Source of the DNA: Tubiluchus corallicola
Lineage: Eukaryota; Animalia; Priapulida
DNA length: 64,000 nucleotides
Reading direction: 5' to 3'
Assembly: GCA_030141605.1 (NCBI GenBank)
Contig: JAQGDQ010000220.1
Coordinates: 163,786 to 227,785, forward strand
Below the pieces are notes generated by a model. It did no database searches and was not told the origin of the DNA. It worked only from the letters and a program-made list of their open reading frames with translations. The position numbers were made by a program, and so were the translations under genes. Positions 1 through 11,364 of the stretch are shown here, one piece after another (within the stretch, counting starts at the first letter, position 1; every line of letters begins with the position of its first letter).

Positions 1-827
1 CATTATTATTTTTAAAAATTTTGTGATTGCTAAGCATGAGAATGCAGGGTGTGAAGAGTTACATAACTTTGTTTCTTTTTACTTGCCATTTGGTAATGAT
101 TGCACATTGTGATCTGAGAAGGCAGTGTAGTTGTTACTGCCTGGTTCAGTTTATATGCAGTAATTGACTGGGAAAGTTGCAAAATGTGAGTGGATGCAGC
201 ACGGCAAATAATGAGTTATCGATGAGATTTGACGAGGAAAAGAGGCTGTTGATGTTAATTAGGTGTGAAACAGGTTGTTATTGAGTCTCTCTGTGGTTCT
301 GCCCGTGAATGTGGTGTAGTACATTGCATTGCTTACAATAGTTAACGGCTTAGTGTTCGACATTTGTTTATTTCAAGATAAAACACTTTTCTAACCTGAC
401 TGTTCCAAATATATCACTATGATACAATATGATAACTTTTCCAATGAGCCAAGTTTGCCTAACTTAGAAGCAGGTTAGATGTCTGCTTCACCAGAGACTA
501 AGTGTGAAATAGTTAGAGAATTTATTGAGTGACTGCCAGTGTCAGCTTTTTCGCTATAATTTTTAACAGCCAATGCTTCACTAAATCAGGAAGCTTTTTT
601 AATTAGGTGACATTTCTTGTGTGACGGCTGATACAGACAATCGCTAGATTGGTGTCCTAGTTGTAAGCTTAGTGCCAGCTCCAACAAGGCCAAGAAAGTA
701 AACTTGTCGAAAAAAATCACTATACGTATAACAAGCTTGTTATTAATGCTGTCAATAATGGCTTCAACAGGTTTACACCAGCCACTACAAATTAGTTAAT
801 ACTGAGTCAATTTTTTACGTGTTTTAG

Positions 828-969
828 GTTTTTCTGCACTACCACTAATGGATCAAATTCTCTTTATGAAAACTTACTGGGTTGACATGCTGTGTATGAC
901 TGCGCTCGGCCACTCCATACGATACGCAGGAGAGAAGTACGTGTTCACTGGAGATATGATCCTCTCAAG
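828..969 (+). CDS. Nuclear receptor LBD exon (helices 4-5, beta-sheet)
   Basis: gttttag|GT TTT TCT...CTC TCA AG|gtaact; GFSALPLMDQILFMKTYW...FTGDMILSR; not in the ORF track. Confidence 0.88.
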
Positions 970-3900
970 GTAACTGGTGAATAAATTGACAGTTAACATT
1001 GTTACACGTTGGTTCGGTTTCAAATACGTACTTGCAGTTGTTGCTAGAGTCTTCAAGTATACGTAGTTGTATTTGCAGTTCAAGTGGGAGTTTAGAGCAG
1101 CTTGTGTGTGGTTTTGTGCAACAAAATGGAAAATTTTTATCATTCTTCTGAAAGTCAAATCTCTATTATGGAGTTTACACGAAACCAACGCAGGTTGTAT
1201 CCGGTCACTAACCAATTAATTAATAACAAAAGCGGCATTCGTCCACCACTAGGTAGCTCTTGTGGCGGCTGTGTCAATATTGCTGAGCTGTTGCATTATG
1301 TATCGGGGGTGTGCATCAGGCGCGCAGTAGACAATAATGTAGAATATTTTGACATTTGTAATTAAGTCTGCTCGTTTTCAGCACTACACTGGTATAACTG
1401 GCATTGGGGACTTTCACACCTTTTTTCCTTCAGGTACCTCTGCTTCATATTTTTCCAAACATCCATGGTGATTTAACATGTTTTGGCCATTTTGCAGTAT
1501 TTTAAGTAATGCGGTGCAAAATTTGTTTGCGCAAATCTACACTAATGAATATTCCCGTTGCCTAAAGCAGCATGAAGCTAATTTGTTTAACACCTGCCAC
1601 AACACTTGCAATGGGACTAGCCTGTTGTTTAGTTGATTAGCCACAATCGTTGTTAATCAGATGTTACATATTTTCTCACAATAGCGAACAATAGGGCTTA
1701 CACACGGTTTCAACCACTGTAGCCTTCGTGTAAACTCCATATATTTGATGTTATATCATTTAGTTGTCTTTAGGACACAAATTATCCAAATTGGTTTTGA
1801 TTCTAATTTAAGGTGAGGTATTAATTCAGCATTCATTAACCCTGTGATAGATGAGTGAATTTGACATTCCGCAGTCAAACTGGAGTTACAGAACTTGAAA
1901 TGTTACTAATTATGAAGATGACGTATCGAGTGGATATAAAGTACTGTTGCAGAAATTTGGAAGCTTTGCATGTCATTTATTTTATTAAAATTATGCAAGA
2001 AATCAATAGAATAACTTCTTCAATTAATTTTTCACCATGTATTTGAAGTTAGCTTTATTTTAACTTATTTCGTAAGATTGGTAAGTGAATCTTTCCCGGT
2101 GCCTCTCCTGATGACCCTTTTCCTTTGGTGGTAATTTTGTATGTGTGTGGATTGTGTGTGATGTTTGTCTCTTTTTGTTGTTTGTGTGTGGTGTTGATTT
2201 TTTTTTAGTTTAATTAAAGAAAAACAGGTCCCGATTATAAACTGTGCTGCAAAATAATGTAACGTACAAAATATTGAATCATAAATGTAGTTTTTTAACA
2301 GTGTTTTTTGTGAAGGAATTATTACTGTGAAGTCTGACTTCGTTTTCCCGTGGTTAGCTTTTCATTCTTACATCTGGTTCCCCATTCCTTAAATAATTTG
2401 ACAGCAATGCTGGCATATCAAAAATGCATGCCACAAAAAAAAAACAGGCACTGTACCTGATTGCAAAATTGCATTTCATTTGCAACACACAGTCTCGTAG
2501 ACACAGTGGTAAAGTTGAAATTTTAACTTTTAAACTTTAAACTTGCCAAGTTTTTGTGTATAACAGTTATTACTGTACATAAGTGCCATATTTAAATTTT
2601 TGCTTTCGCAAATAAGTGCTATGTTTTCATGGAATGTTTCTGGTAGAAAATAATGTTCATTTGTGATCACTAGCTGTGCTAGCCAGCCATTAATTATAGG
2701 AAAGGCCAAGTCTCTTGGGAAGTTGAGCTTATTTTAATATTTGAGAAAAAGGTTAGAAAGTTTCATCAATGAAATTGTAATATGTGTCTCATGTAATTAG
2801 TAAAATCAATTTAAGGTGGCAATCAGTTCATGTTTTGGCGTGCTCATTTTGAACGAAAAATGTCATGTCATCATCCGGATAACCTACAATGTAAACTCTT
2901 ATCCCACCAGATGCTTCAGCAAACTTTTTTGCAACTACATCAATTACAAACAATCAAAACATTAAGCGAGAGATTATTAATACTACTTTTTGCTTTTTGA
3001 TGAATTCCGTTGCCCACTATGTAATGAAAACCAGTTACCAATAATAATATAATAATCTGAAACTCGGCTAGTTAATGCTGACAAAATAACAGTAATTTTT
3101 ACAAGCTAAAACTGAAGTCTATAGTTATGTAAACCATCTGACACCTTCTGTATGCTCTCAGAATTCTATGCTTATCTGTAACTATATTATGTGTAGTACT
3201 TAACGCATTTTGAGGTATAATCCTATGGATTAAAGCTCTGTAAACAATTTAAAGTTATGGCAAAGTGGTCTCACGACTAATTTTTATGTAAACACAGCTA
3301 AAGCAAAACCGGGCCCAATCTTAAACTGTAGGTCAGAATAATCTACTCTTTAAAATACTGAGAAGAAACATACTATTTTTTTTTTCAAAAATGACTTACC
3401 TGAAAGAATTATTACCACACAAACACAATTTCACGTTCGCGCCAGTAGTTCTTCGCTGTTACATGCATTTCGCCATTTGCTAGTTAGACAGGCACTAGAG
3501 CCTGCATTTCGGAAAGCGTTGCACATATAACAGGAGCTGTACTTCTTAGTTCAGATGTGTTAGTTTGTGACGAACTGCACACGTTCGACCGCTCATGAAT
3601 GTGGAATGAGCACAGCGGTAAATATGAAATTTGAACTTTTATCTTAAAACTTGCCATATTTTAGTACAACACACTGAATCTCTTGCAGTAGCACTGTGCT
3701 TCAATTTTCGCTTTCGCAAGCACGTGGAACACGCTCGCGGAATATTTTTGCTGTTGAAAATTATGTTAGTTTGTGATGTCATCAATAGTTTGGCTCGCCC
3801 GTCATTAATTAAGATTATAATCCATTAATTATCAGAAACGCTGTTGCAGTATTAAAATGTATACTTTTTATCGGACTTGAAAATGGGGTAGTATATGAGA

Positions 3901-5344
3901 AATCATCCTATCTTCCTTTAAACACAAATATTTAATCAGTAGAATAACCGAATTTCTCAGTGAACTGCAGAAGTTTTTTACGTGTGTCTTCGTGCTGTCC
4001 ACCGGCTTACGTCATTTTTTCAAATGTCCCACAGATAGGTTCGCTTGGCAGGAGATAAATAATCACTTTTGCATTTTTAGCAAGCATTTTATGGGCGTAT
4101 ATTATGGGTATAATATTAATAATTTCAGTATTTTAAGTGAATATTAAAACACAATGAATGTTGTTCGAGGGTGGATTTTCCTTTGACTTGCTTAGCTATT
4201 ATTTAATATTAAAAATATTTGGACATTATCATAGGTTATAAATCTGTAGTTTTTGCCATGCTTCATGATGAAATAGGATCTGAAAAATCGTCCTATTTTC
4301 CTTTAAGCCAACGTCTGTTTCACGTGGTTATGGGACGTTATCATCACAATTTTAATTTTTTCATTTGGTTGCTTTCTTATTCAGGGATCAGATTAACAAG
4401 TTTGTTGACCTCGGACCCTCCGGTGCATCTGTACCCGGCGTCATGGGCTCTCAGACATTGAAATGTATGGAAGTGGCACGCAAGTATCACGAGATGAATG
4501 TGACCAAGGAGGAGTTTGTGTGCTTGAAAGCGCTGTACCTGACCAATATACTAGGTAAGAATTGCTCGTGATTGACTCTGAGTCTCTTCGTAAGTTAAAT
4601 ACACTTGGGAATCGCAACTGTGAAGACGTTCTTATACATTTCTTAACAACCTCACTCGCTGAAATGCTTACAGAAAAAAATTTGCAATCACACGAATTAC
4701 AAGAATTCTGGTTTTTGGACCTGTTTGATATTTTTGCTTTTTTCTGTAGATGTTTGCATTGAATGGCTGCTGGCTTTACCTAGTATACCTAGTATTACCT
4801 GAAAATTTGCACAAACGTGTTTCATGGCTTCAGAAATAATTACACGGAAGTTATTGACCAAATTTACTTTTTGTGTTGTTTACATTTCATTAGTCATTCT
4901 TATAAAAAGTTATCCGAAAGTTCAAGTTATTAACTAGATTTGCTGCCTTGTCCCAGTTTCGCTAATTTCTGCTGAGGAAATAATAATTAAACTATAATTT
5001 GTTGCCATTTGTATTTCTTAAGACTAACAGTTGTTTATAAATGTCCCTATTAAAAACATTCATCTGTTAGTTTTTCATTTTCATTTTTTGCTTTTTTAGA
5101 TGCCTCTCAATTGGCGAGACCAGATTTGGCGAGCGAAATACAGGACACAATGCTAAAAATCATACATAAACTTTCCATAAGTCAGCATCCTAGCGAACCT
5201 CACAGAGTCGCCGAGATATTAGCATTGTTTGCCGGGGTCCGTCTGACTGCATATTACATTCTGAAAAGCATGGAAAACCTGTACTGTGCCAGCATGCCAC
5301 TGACGATGCCGCCATTGTTCAAAGAGTTCTTTCAGGACACGTGA
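828..5344 (+). CDS. Nuclear receptor ligand-binding domain, divergent NR3 (ERR/ER/SR)-like; 5'-partial, join(828..969,4385..4554,5100..5344)
   Basis: Spliced translation GFSALPLMDQILFMKTYWVDMLCMTALGHSIRYAGEKYVFTGDMILSR|DQINKF...KYHEMNVTKEEFVCLKALYLTNIL|DASQL...QHPSEPHRVAEILALFAGVRLTA...PPLFKEFFQDT*. Shows the LBD signature GFxxLxxxDQxxLxxxxW, the EEFVCLKA helix 8 and an AF-2 helix. Splice sites are GT-AG with phases 1/2/1. Confidence 0.9.
3302..3917 (+). mobile_element. Non-autonomous TTAA-type (Kolobok/T2-like) DNA transposon, family C
   Basis: ctaa|AGCAAAACCGGG ... CCTATCTTCCT|ttaa; homologous copies at 39894-40474 (inverted) and about 40495-40928; a similar right end occurs near 4285-4305. 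Confidence 0.75.
4385..4554 (+). CDS. Nuclear receptor LBD exon (helices 6-8)
   Basis: tcttattcag|G GAT CAG...ATA CTA G|gtaaga; contains EEFVCLKALYLTN. Confidence 0.9.
5100..5344 (+). CDS. Nuclear receptor LBD terminal exon (helices 9-12)
   Basis: Long polypyrimidine tract then ag|AT GCC; ends PPLFKEFFQDT-TGA. Confidence 0.9.
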
Positions 5345-6653
5345 CATAGAAATCTCTCTGTTGTTCGTTTTATCATTTTTGGTTTGTACTAGTCTTTTGA
5401 TTATTGCAATACGACCTGCAAACGAATTAAAGGTGAAAATGTGTCATGGCAAATGTCTCAGTCGTACCCAGGTTCAAAAACTACACCAAAATTGCGTATA
5501 ATTTGAAAACTTTTGTAGTTGTAAGAGAACATTTGACAAAATTCAGTCCTCAGCAATACACTGAGACAGTACCGGCAGTTAAGCACTCATAATTACCCGC
5601 TAACATGAAAACTTGTCATAGCAGCTAAGTTGTAAAAACAGCAGCCACGGTTTCTATGGTTTTCAATCAAACTGCTGTTTGTTAAACTGCAGGTCAGTTT
5701 TGCATTTTTCAGATGTGGCCTCCAGAAGATGTTAACAATTTGTTTGGCTATGCACCATTCAATTATTCCACAGGAATTTGCTCTGTTTTTTGTGTCACAA
5801 CCTCATAACTTACATTTTTTAAAGCAGCTTTTGCCAAATCTTGTCGAGCGTTGTCACATTACGTACAAAAGCACTGTGTGTTATCAATCAAAGATTGAGT
5901 GTTTTACCACGTGCCTTATAACATATGTCTGCTGATCGATATGGCAGACCGTATTTCAATGATAGTATATTTCCTGTTATCAGTATTATGACCGTTACCA
6001 CTACTCTAATCTGTTTGTTTTTTATGTACAATTAAGTGTAAGCACAATTGCAATGCAACAAGCTATCAAAAAATTGTACATGAGAAACAGATGAAGGTAC
6101 TTCGTAGTATATTCAGTGATTATGTTTTTGATTGCAATGATCTGTGCGCTATAGCATTTTCTAGGCACAGGAAGGAGTTTGTCGTAAATTCACTTGTAAA
6201 TAACACAAATCGTTAAACGTTGTGATAGGTTTATTTTTTAGTATTTCTATGTTTGTTTTGTTGGCAGGCACCTGTTATCTGATTTTATGAATTTTATCAT
6301 TGCTGTTCCGGTTTTAAACGTCTTTGTTGAGCTAAGCTAAACGTAGTGTGGTTACGCATCTTCGTGACCTTTTCGTATGCAGTGTGTTTGAATGTTAGTG
6401 TTATGTAGTACTGATAATTCTAAGAACTTGTAAATATTGTATATAAGCGATGTTAATCTGTTAATTTTTAAGATTAAAACAAAAGCAGGTTTTTAGTTAT
6501 CTATGTTCTTATCAGTGTGTTATGTACATCCGTTGTGATCCTCTAATGATAGATAGTTCGGCATTGTGCTGTTGCAAGTAGTAACGTTATTATAAAGCTT
6601 TAAATTCATTATTCGTTGCTGTGAAGATGTTTATGGCCTGGTTACACGTGTAA

Positions 6654-8128
6654 AGGTAGGACTCCACATGCGTGATCCGCAATCAGTGTTTAAAGTGTGC
6701 CGGGTCTGTCAGGGTTGCAGACCCAGAACCTAAAATTACAGACCTCGCACCTAAAGAAAAAACAATGTCTCGCCGGGTCACTCATTTAGTTTTTCACTAT
6801 TTAATTATCTATAAGCCTATCTGTAACTCATGTTAGTAGCCCAACTTCGTCTCTAAGTCAGCAGAATAGGACTGTAGCTGATAACAATGGGCAAAGTAGT
6901 TAATTGTACTGACCTGCTGCTACCATTTTGTGAAAACCTGCTGGAACTCATTTTTCTTGCAACTTTTCAGGAAAAAAGAAAGTGGTTTCTTGACAAGTTG
7001 TGCACAAAAATAATGAGTTAACTCATTTTACCACCAGTAACTTATTTTGTTTTAGACTTGAAAAATTGAGTGCGACAAAAGTGCACTATGGTGGAACAAA
7101 ATTTGGCTGGAATTAGTTGGCGTGATAGTACTTAGAAATTGGAGCTAGAGCACCTTGCTGTCATTCATTTGCTCAGTGATTCCTCGCTGTCAAATAGTTT
7201 GAATAGGCCAAGACTTGTACCGGGCAATGTATAAAAGCTAGTGGCTGAAAATTAGTTAATTCACTTCTTAAACAGAAATGGCTATTTTTGAATTAAGGCT
7301 TAAATTTTGTACCTTTGATGGTAAAAGCAGTTGAAGAACTGTTTAGTGAACTGACCTTTTTTGCCCCAATGTAAGCTCCGAACCCCATTAGGGGAGCTGC
7401 ACAGGTCTCCTAACTGTTTCTTGCTTTTTCTGACATAAGACGCCTTACTTCACTTAAAGCAACACTTTAAGCACTGTCCGCAATCCATAATTCGTGGTGC
7501 GTATTGACTGTTTTTATGTGTCCATGAACACTATACGTATTAAGAAAGCTCATGGTGCTCTTTCCATCATTTTGATTGCAGTTTTTGAAAATTGGAAGAA
7601 ATAATTTTTAGAAATATCTCTGTTGAAATATCAGCATGGTAATTACAGTGGTGGCATTAGCTTATCATTGTACTATTAGACAGAAATTCAAAATGTAGCA
7701 TAACAAAGCATAGGTTTTGGGTTTGTAACATGATGCAGGGGGCAGAACAATATGGCATGTATCACCACTTATGCAGAACAACACAGTTATACCCTTCTTC
7801 CACTTAAAAACTCAAATGGAAGAAATATTATTGGTTGTAAGTCTTAAAGTGACGAAAACTAACCTGACCAGGAAGCCAATCAAGGAAAATGGCCACTGGA
7901 AAACTGGCTAAATCACCTAGGCAATGGCAGTTTCTTGTCCGTGAATTGCTGCGTGATGCGTTTTCAGACAATAGCGATCATGTTCAAGCGGATACGGATC
8001 ACGCAACATGCGTTATGGATTGCGGATTAGAAAAAACTTCCATGTATTTAAATATAAACTATTGTATCCATATTATGCATCACATTGCTATTATGGATCA
8101 AACATTATGTGTACATGGAGTCCTACCT
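6654..8128. mobile_element. PIF/Harbinger-like MITE interrupted by a hAT-like insertion
   Basis: TIR AGGTAGGACTCCA / TGGAGTCCTACCT with taa/caa flanks; an uninterrupted homolog lies at 16685-17316. Confidence 0.8.
6684..7476. mobile_element. Non-autonomous hAT-like element
   Basis: TIR CAGTGTTTAAAGTG / CACTTTAAGCACTG; perfect 8-bp TSD TCCGCAAT at 6676-6683 and 7477-7484. Confidence 0.9.
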
Positions 8129-8311
8129 CAATGGTAAAAACACATTTATACATGTGCATGTATTTTACACATTTATACTTGTGCGTGTATGAAATTGAAT
8201 GCATACATGAATAACGTTAAGCAAAAGCCAAGCAGGCAGTATCTTTATGAAGATGCCATGTCAGATGCTGCAGAAATAGGACTTGGAAATGAGATCCTCG
8301 TCTAAGGACGA

Positions 8312-8424
8312 AAGTCGCACCTTAGCTTCGGCAGCACTAATATTGATTCTAGCAGGGTACCCCTCTTAAGTCACACCTTAGCTTCGGCAGCACTAATATT
8401 GATTCTAGCAGGGTACCCCTCTTA
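8312..8424 (+). repeat. 56-bp tandem duplication with U6-like motifs
   Basis: caccttagcttcggcagcactaatattgattctagcagggtacccctctta occurs twice. Confidence 0.9.
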
Positions 8425-9823
8425 TTTTATGGACTGTCTTGCAAAGGATGAAGAAAGTCGCTAAATGGTCTCGCTGTATGCTTAGTGCCCAAAGTTAGGC
8501 AACACTGAATCTGGACAGTAAATGAAAGGATGACTGACAGTAAACTTTTGCGTGGTTTTATCTGGCATACTGCCGCCATTTATTTGTGTCTTTATAAGCA
8601 GTTGGACATACCTGTGAACGTGACTGAAATTCCCCTGCTAATCCAGTGACTCGTCTTACAGGTTTTTCCTGATATTGAGCTAGATGTTGATGTGAGTCTT
8701 GCACTTAGTGTTGGATTCCTGTTTAGGTCATGCCAAACTATAGGCCAAGCATAAAAAAGCACCATGTCTATGCGTCTCCCCGGATACAAGAATATTAATT
8801 AATGTTTATAATTTTATCCTCAAGATTGTCAGCGATTTGCTGAAGTGAAACTGGCGAATTCACATAGACAGAACCAACCATTCGCTAGTGAAAACCAAGC
8901 TTTTTTTGGCTGGTCACGTTTGGTTTTACAAATTTAACAACCGTGAGTTCTTTTTGTCATCAGAATTTAAGTAATAAATAAAAAATTTAACTGAATTATA
9001 GCAAGTGGTCAAACGCGCACTTATTTCAATTCAAATTTATTTTGTCTCAAAGAGAAACTGCTCGGTGTTAGTTCCTGAATATCTTGCGCAAACAACCGAG
9101 GCGAAGTGTTACTTGTGCCTTTACTACTATGTCTAGATCTGCTAGAGAATAACCAGTGTACCTCAATAATTTTTTACAGTTTTCAATCAAATCTACAACA
9201 CGTCTGTATAGATATTAAGTCAGTGTTTACCATAGCACAAGGCTTTTTACCATATAGTTAGGTACTATCTAACAGCGTACAATGAAAAGTTTTGAGCTAG
9301 ATTTACAAAATGGTATCTGCATTTGCTTGGCCATTATGTTTAAACAGCATCAAGTCTGGTTAGCAGTTAGGATTATTGCTGCAAAAACCACTGCTGGGTA
9401 GTTCCGAGTCTCCAGTTGCTTACCTCAGTGAAGGTCATACCAATGTGGCCAAGACTTCTGTGACTATAAAGTTAAATTGTATCATAAAAGTACTCTGTTA
9501 ATACATGCTTTTTTCGGTGAACAAAATCTGTTAAATTCTTTGTTAAAGCATTTATACTAATTAACAAGAACTAAACCTTTGTAATATCGAAATTTTTTCA
9601 TTATTCTAGTGTCTGCCAAATACAATATTGCAGTACTTTGTTATGCTTGGTATGATGGTTATAGTAGATTGAGGTTGTATGATTACACTTGCTGTATGAT
9701 GGATTTAGTTGTACGGTTTTATAATAACTGGGTTTTAATAGCGTCTAATTTATCTGTGATAATTAATATGTCTCATTTTAGTACAGTTGTGAATATCTGA
9801 ACTACGTTAAAGTGTCTGATTTA

Positions 9824-9829
9824 AATAAA
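9824..9829 (+). terminator. Candidate distal polyadenylation signal for the nuclear receptor
   Basis: AATAAA followed by GT-rich gctgtgtgtattggctttgt; a proximal ATTAAA lies at 6473. Confidence 0.35.
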
Positions 9830-10010
9830 CCATTGTGAAGGCTGTGTGTATTGGCTTTGTCAATATAGTGTCACGAGTAATAAAGTCTTGCAAATTGTTC
9901 TTTGAATTGTCTGGAATGTGAGCATCTGCAAAGGGCAAACCACATCATCTTTTGTACACAAATTTGCCGCCTCACTGCATATACATCACATGTTGTAGGG
10001 TCTTCAAATA

Positions 10011-10364
10011 AAGGCCACATGTGCTGATGCAAACCAGCTACTCTACGAAGACTAAAAAAGGCCACCTGTGCTGACGCAAACCAGCTACTCTACGAAGACC
10101 AAAAAAGGCCACCTGTGCTGACGCAAACCAGCTACTCTACGAAGATTAAAAAAAGGCCACCTGTGCTGATGCAAACCAGCTACTCTACGAAGACCAAAAA
10201 AGGCCAACTGTACTGACACAACCAACTACTCTGCAAAGATTAAAAAAGGCCACCTGTGCTGACACAAACCAGGTACTCTACGAAGATTAAAAAAGGCCAC
10301 CTGTGCTGACACAAACCAGCTACAGACTAAAAAGGGCCACCTGTGCTGATACAAACCAACTACT
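10011..10364. repeat. 47-bp minisatellite, about 7.5 copies
   Basis: Unit GGCCACCTGTGCTGACGCAAACCAGCTACTCTACGAAGACYAAAAAA at 10013, 10060, 10107 and onward. Confidence 0.95.
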
Positions 10365-10417
10365 TCCAATTCTCAACTCCAAGTAATTCATCAACATATC
10401 AGCTCGTACTGTACAGA

Positions 10418-10423
10418 TTTATT
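10418..10423 (-). terminator. Candidate ASH1L polyadenylation signal AATAAA
   Basis: tttatt on + about 800 nt after the stop codon, ending a UGUA/U-rich tract (- strand) and followed by GU-rich sequence. Confidence 0.55.
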
Positions 10424-11217
10424 TTCAAAGACATATGTATACATGTTATACATTCCTGTAACTAACATTTACTGTCTAACGTAAGAGGGTAAATATACAA
10501 AGTCGATGCAAATCAACATCCACGATTATAAGAGACATTCTACACTACGAGGTTCGTAGAAATGTAATAAATACGGCGACATCTACATGCAAGTTTTTAA
10601 AACAGAAATGTAATTGTACAACCACAATTAATATCATAATAGCGTGTATTATATATAATACTGTACACGCTATGCAGTATGCATTCACAATTATTAAAAT
10701 AGCTGTCTGAATTAATCACTAAACAGTGCATCACTAAGTGATCATGATATCATCATAATTACTATAACATTGTGCTTTATATAAAAAACTAACTGTACAA
10801 CACATGAAATACCTATACCGAGAATTCAAATATCATAATAAATGAGGGGTAGAACTTTTCTAATCTATACACTTGGTGCAATTTCAGAAATGTTCCACAA
10901 CCTCCAAATGTCCAATGTCATGGCTACACAGGAATTATAAATAAAAAAAAATTGTAAAATTATCTAATTTTCGTTGTCAGATTAGGGTTCACAATGAAAC
11001 CAAACTTCATGATTGGTTACGGGGAAGCACGACGGCTTCGTTTACAAAATAGATTCACAAACATATCTGCACTGCAGTCACAATGCTGCTAAAAGCAAAA
11101 TTTGGCTGTAGTGTTATAATTATGATGACATACCGGATCCAGCAATACATCCAAGTGGTTAAAACATATACCAAGAATGTATGGTCATTTTAAAGAGTCT
11201 CACTAGGCTGTATCCAT

Positions 11218-11364
11218 TCACGTGCTGAAGCCGGCCAGGGTCGGTTTTTTACGGTGCCGTTTTCCTTCCAGAAGATAAGTAACGTCGACTGGTTTTCCCA
11301 CATTTGGTAGTTTACTTAGGAGCTTCAGAAGGTAACCGTTGAGCCTCGACTTTTTCTGAGCTTT
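11218..11364 (-). CDS. ASH1L: ASH1L terminal coding exon
   Basis: [48 protein letters not shown]. Confidence 0.93.
   Translation of the reverse strand, partial: KAQKKSRLNGYLLKLLSKLPNVGKPVDVTYLLEGKRHRKKPTLAGFST

Noticed and set aside
874-1215. 113-aa minus-strand ORF
   Set aside because: Antisense shadow overlapping the nuclear receptor exon; no recognisable protein features
10011-10364. CRISPR-like regular repeat
   Set aside because: Units are contiguous with no unique spacers, there are no cas genes and the context is eukaryotic; it is a minisatellite. The same applies to the 40-bp and 94-bp arrays.
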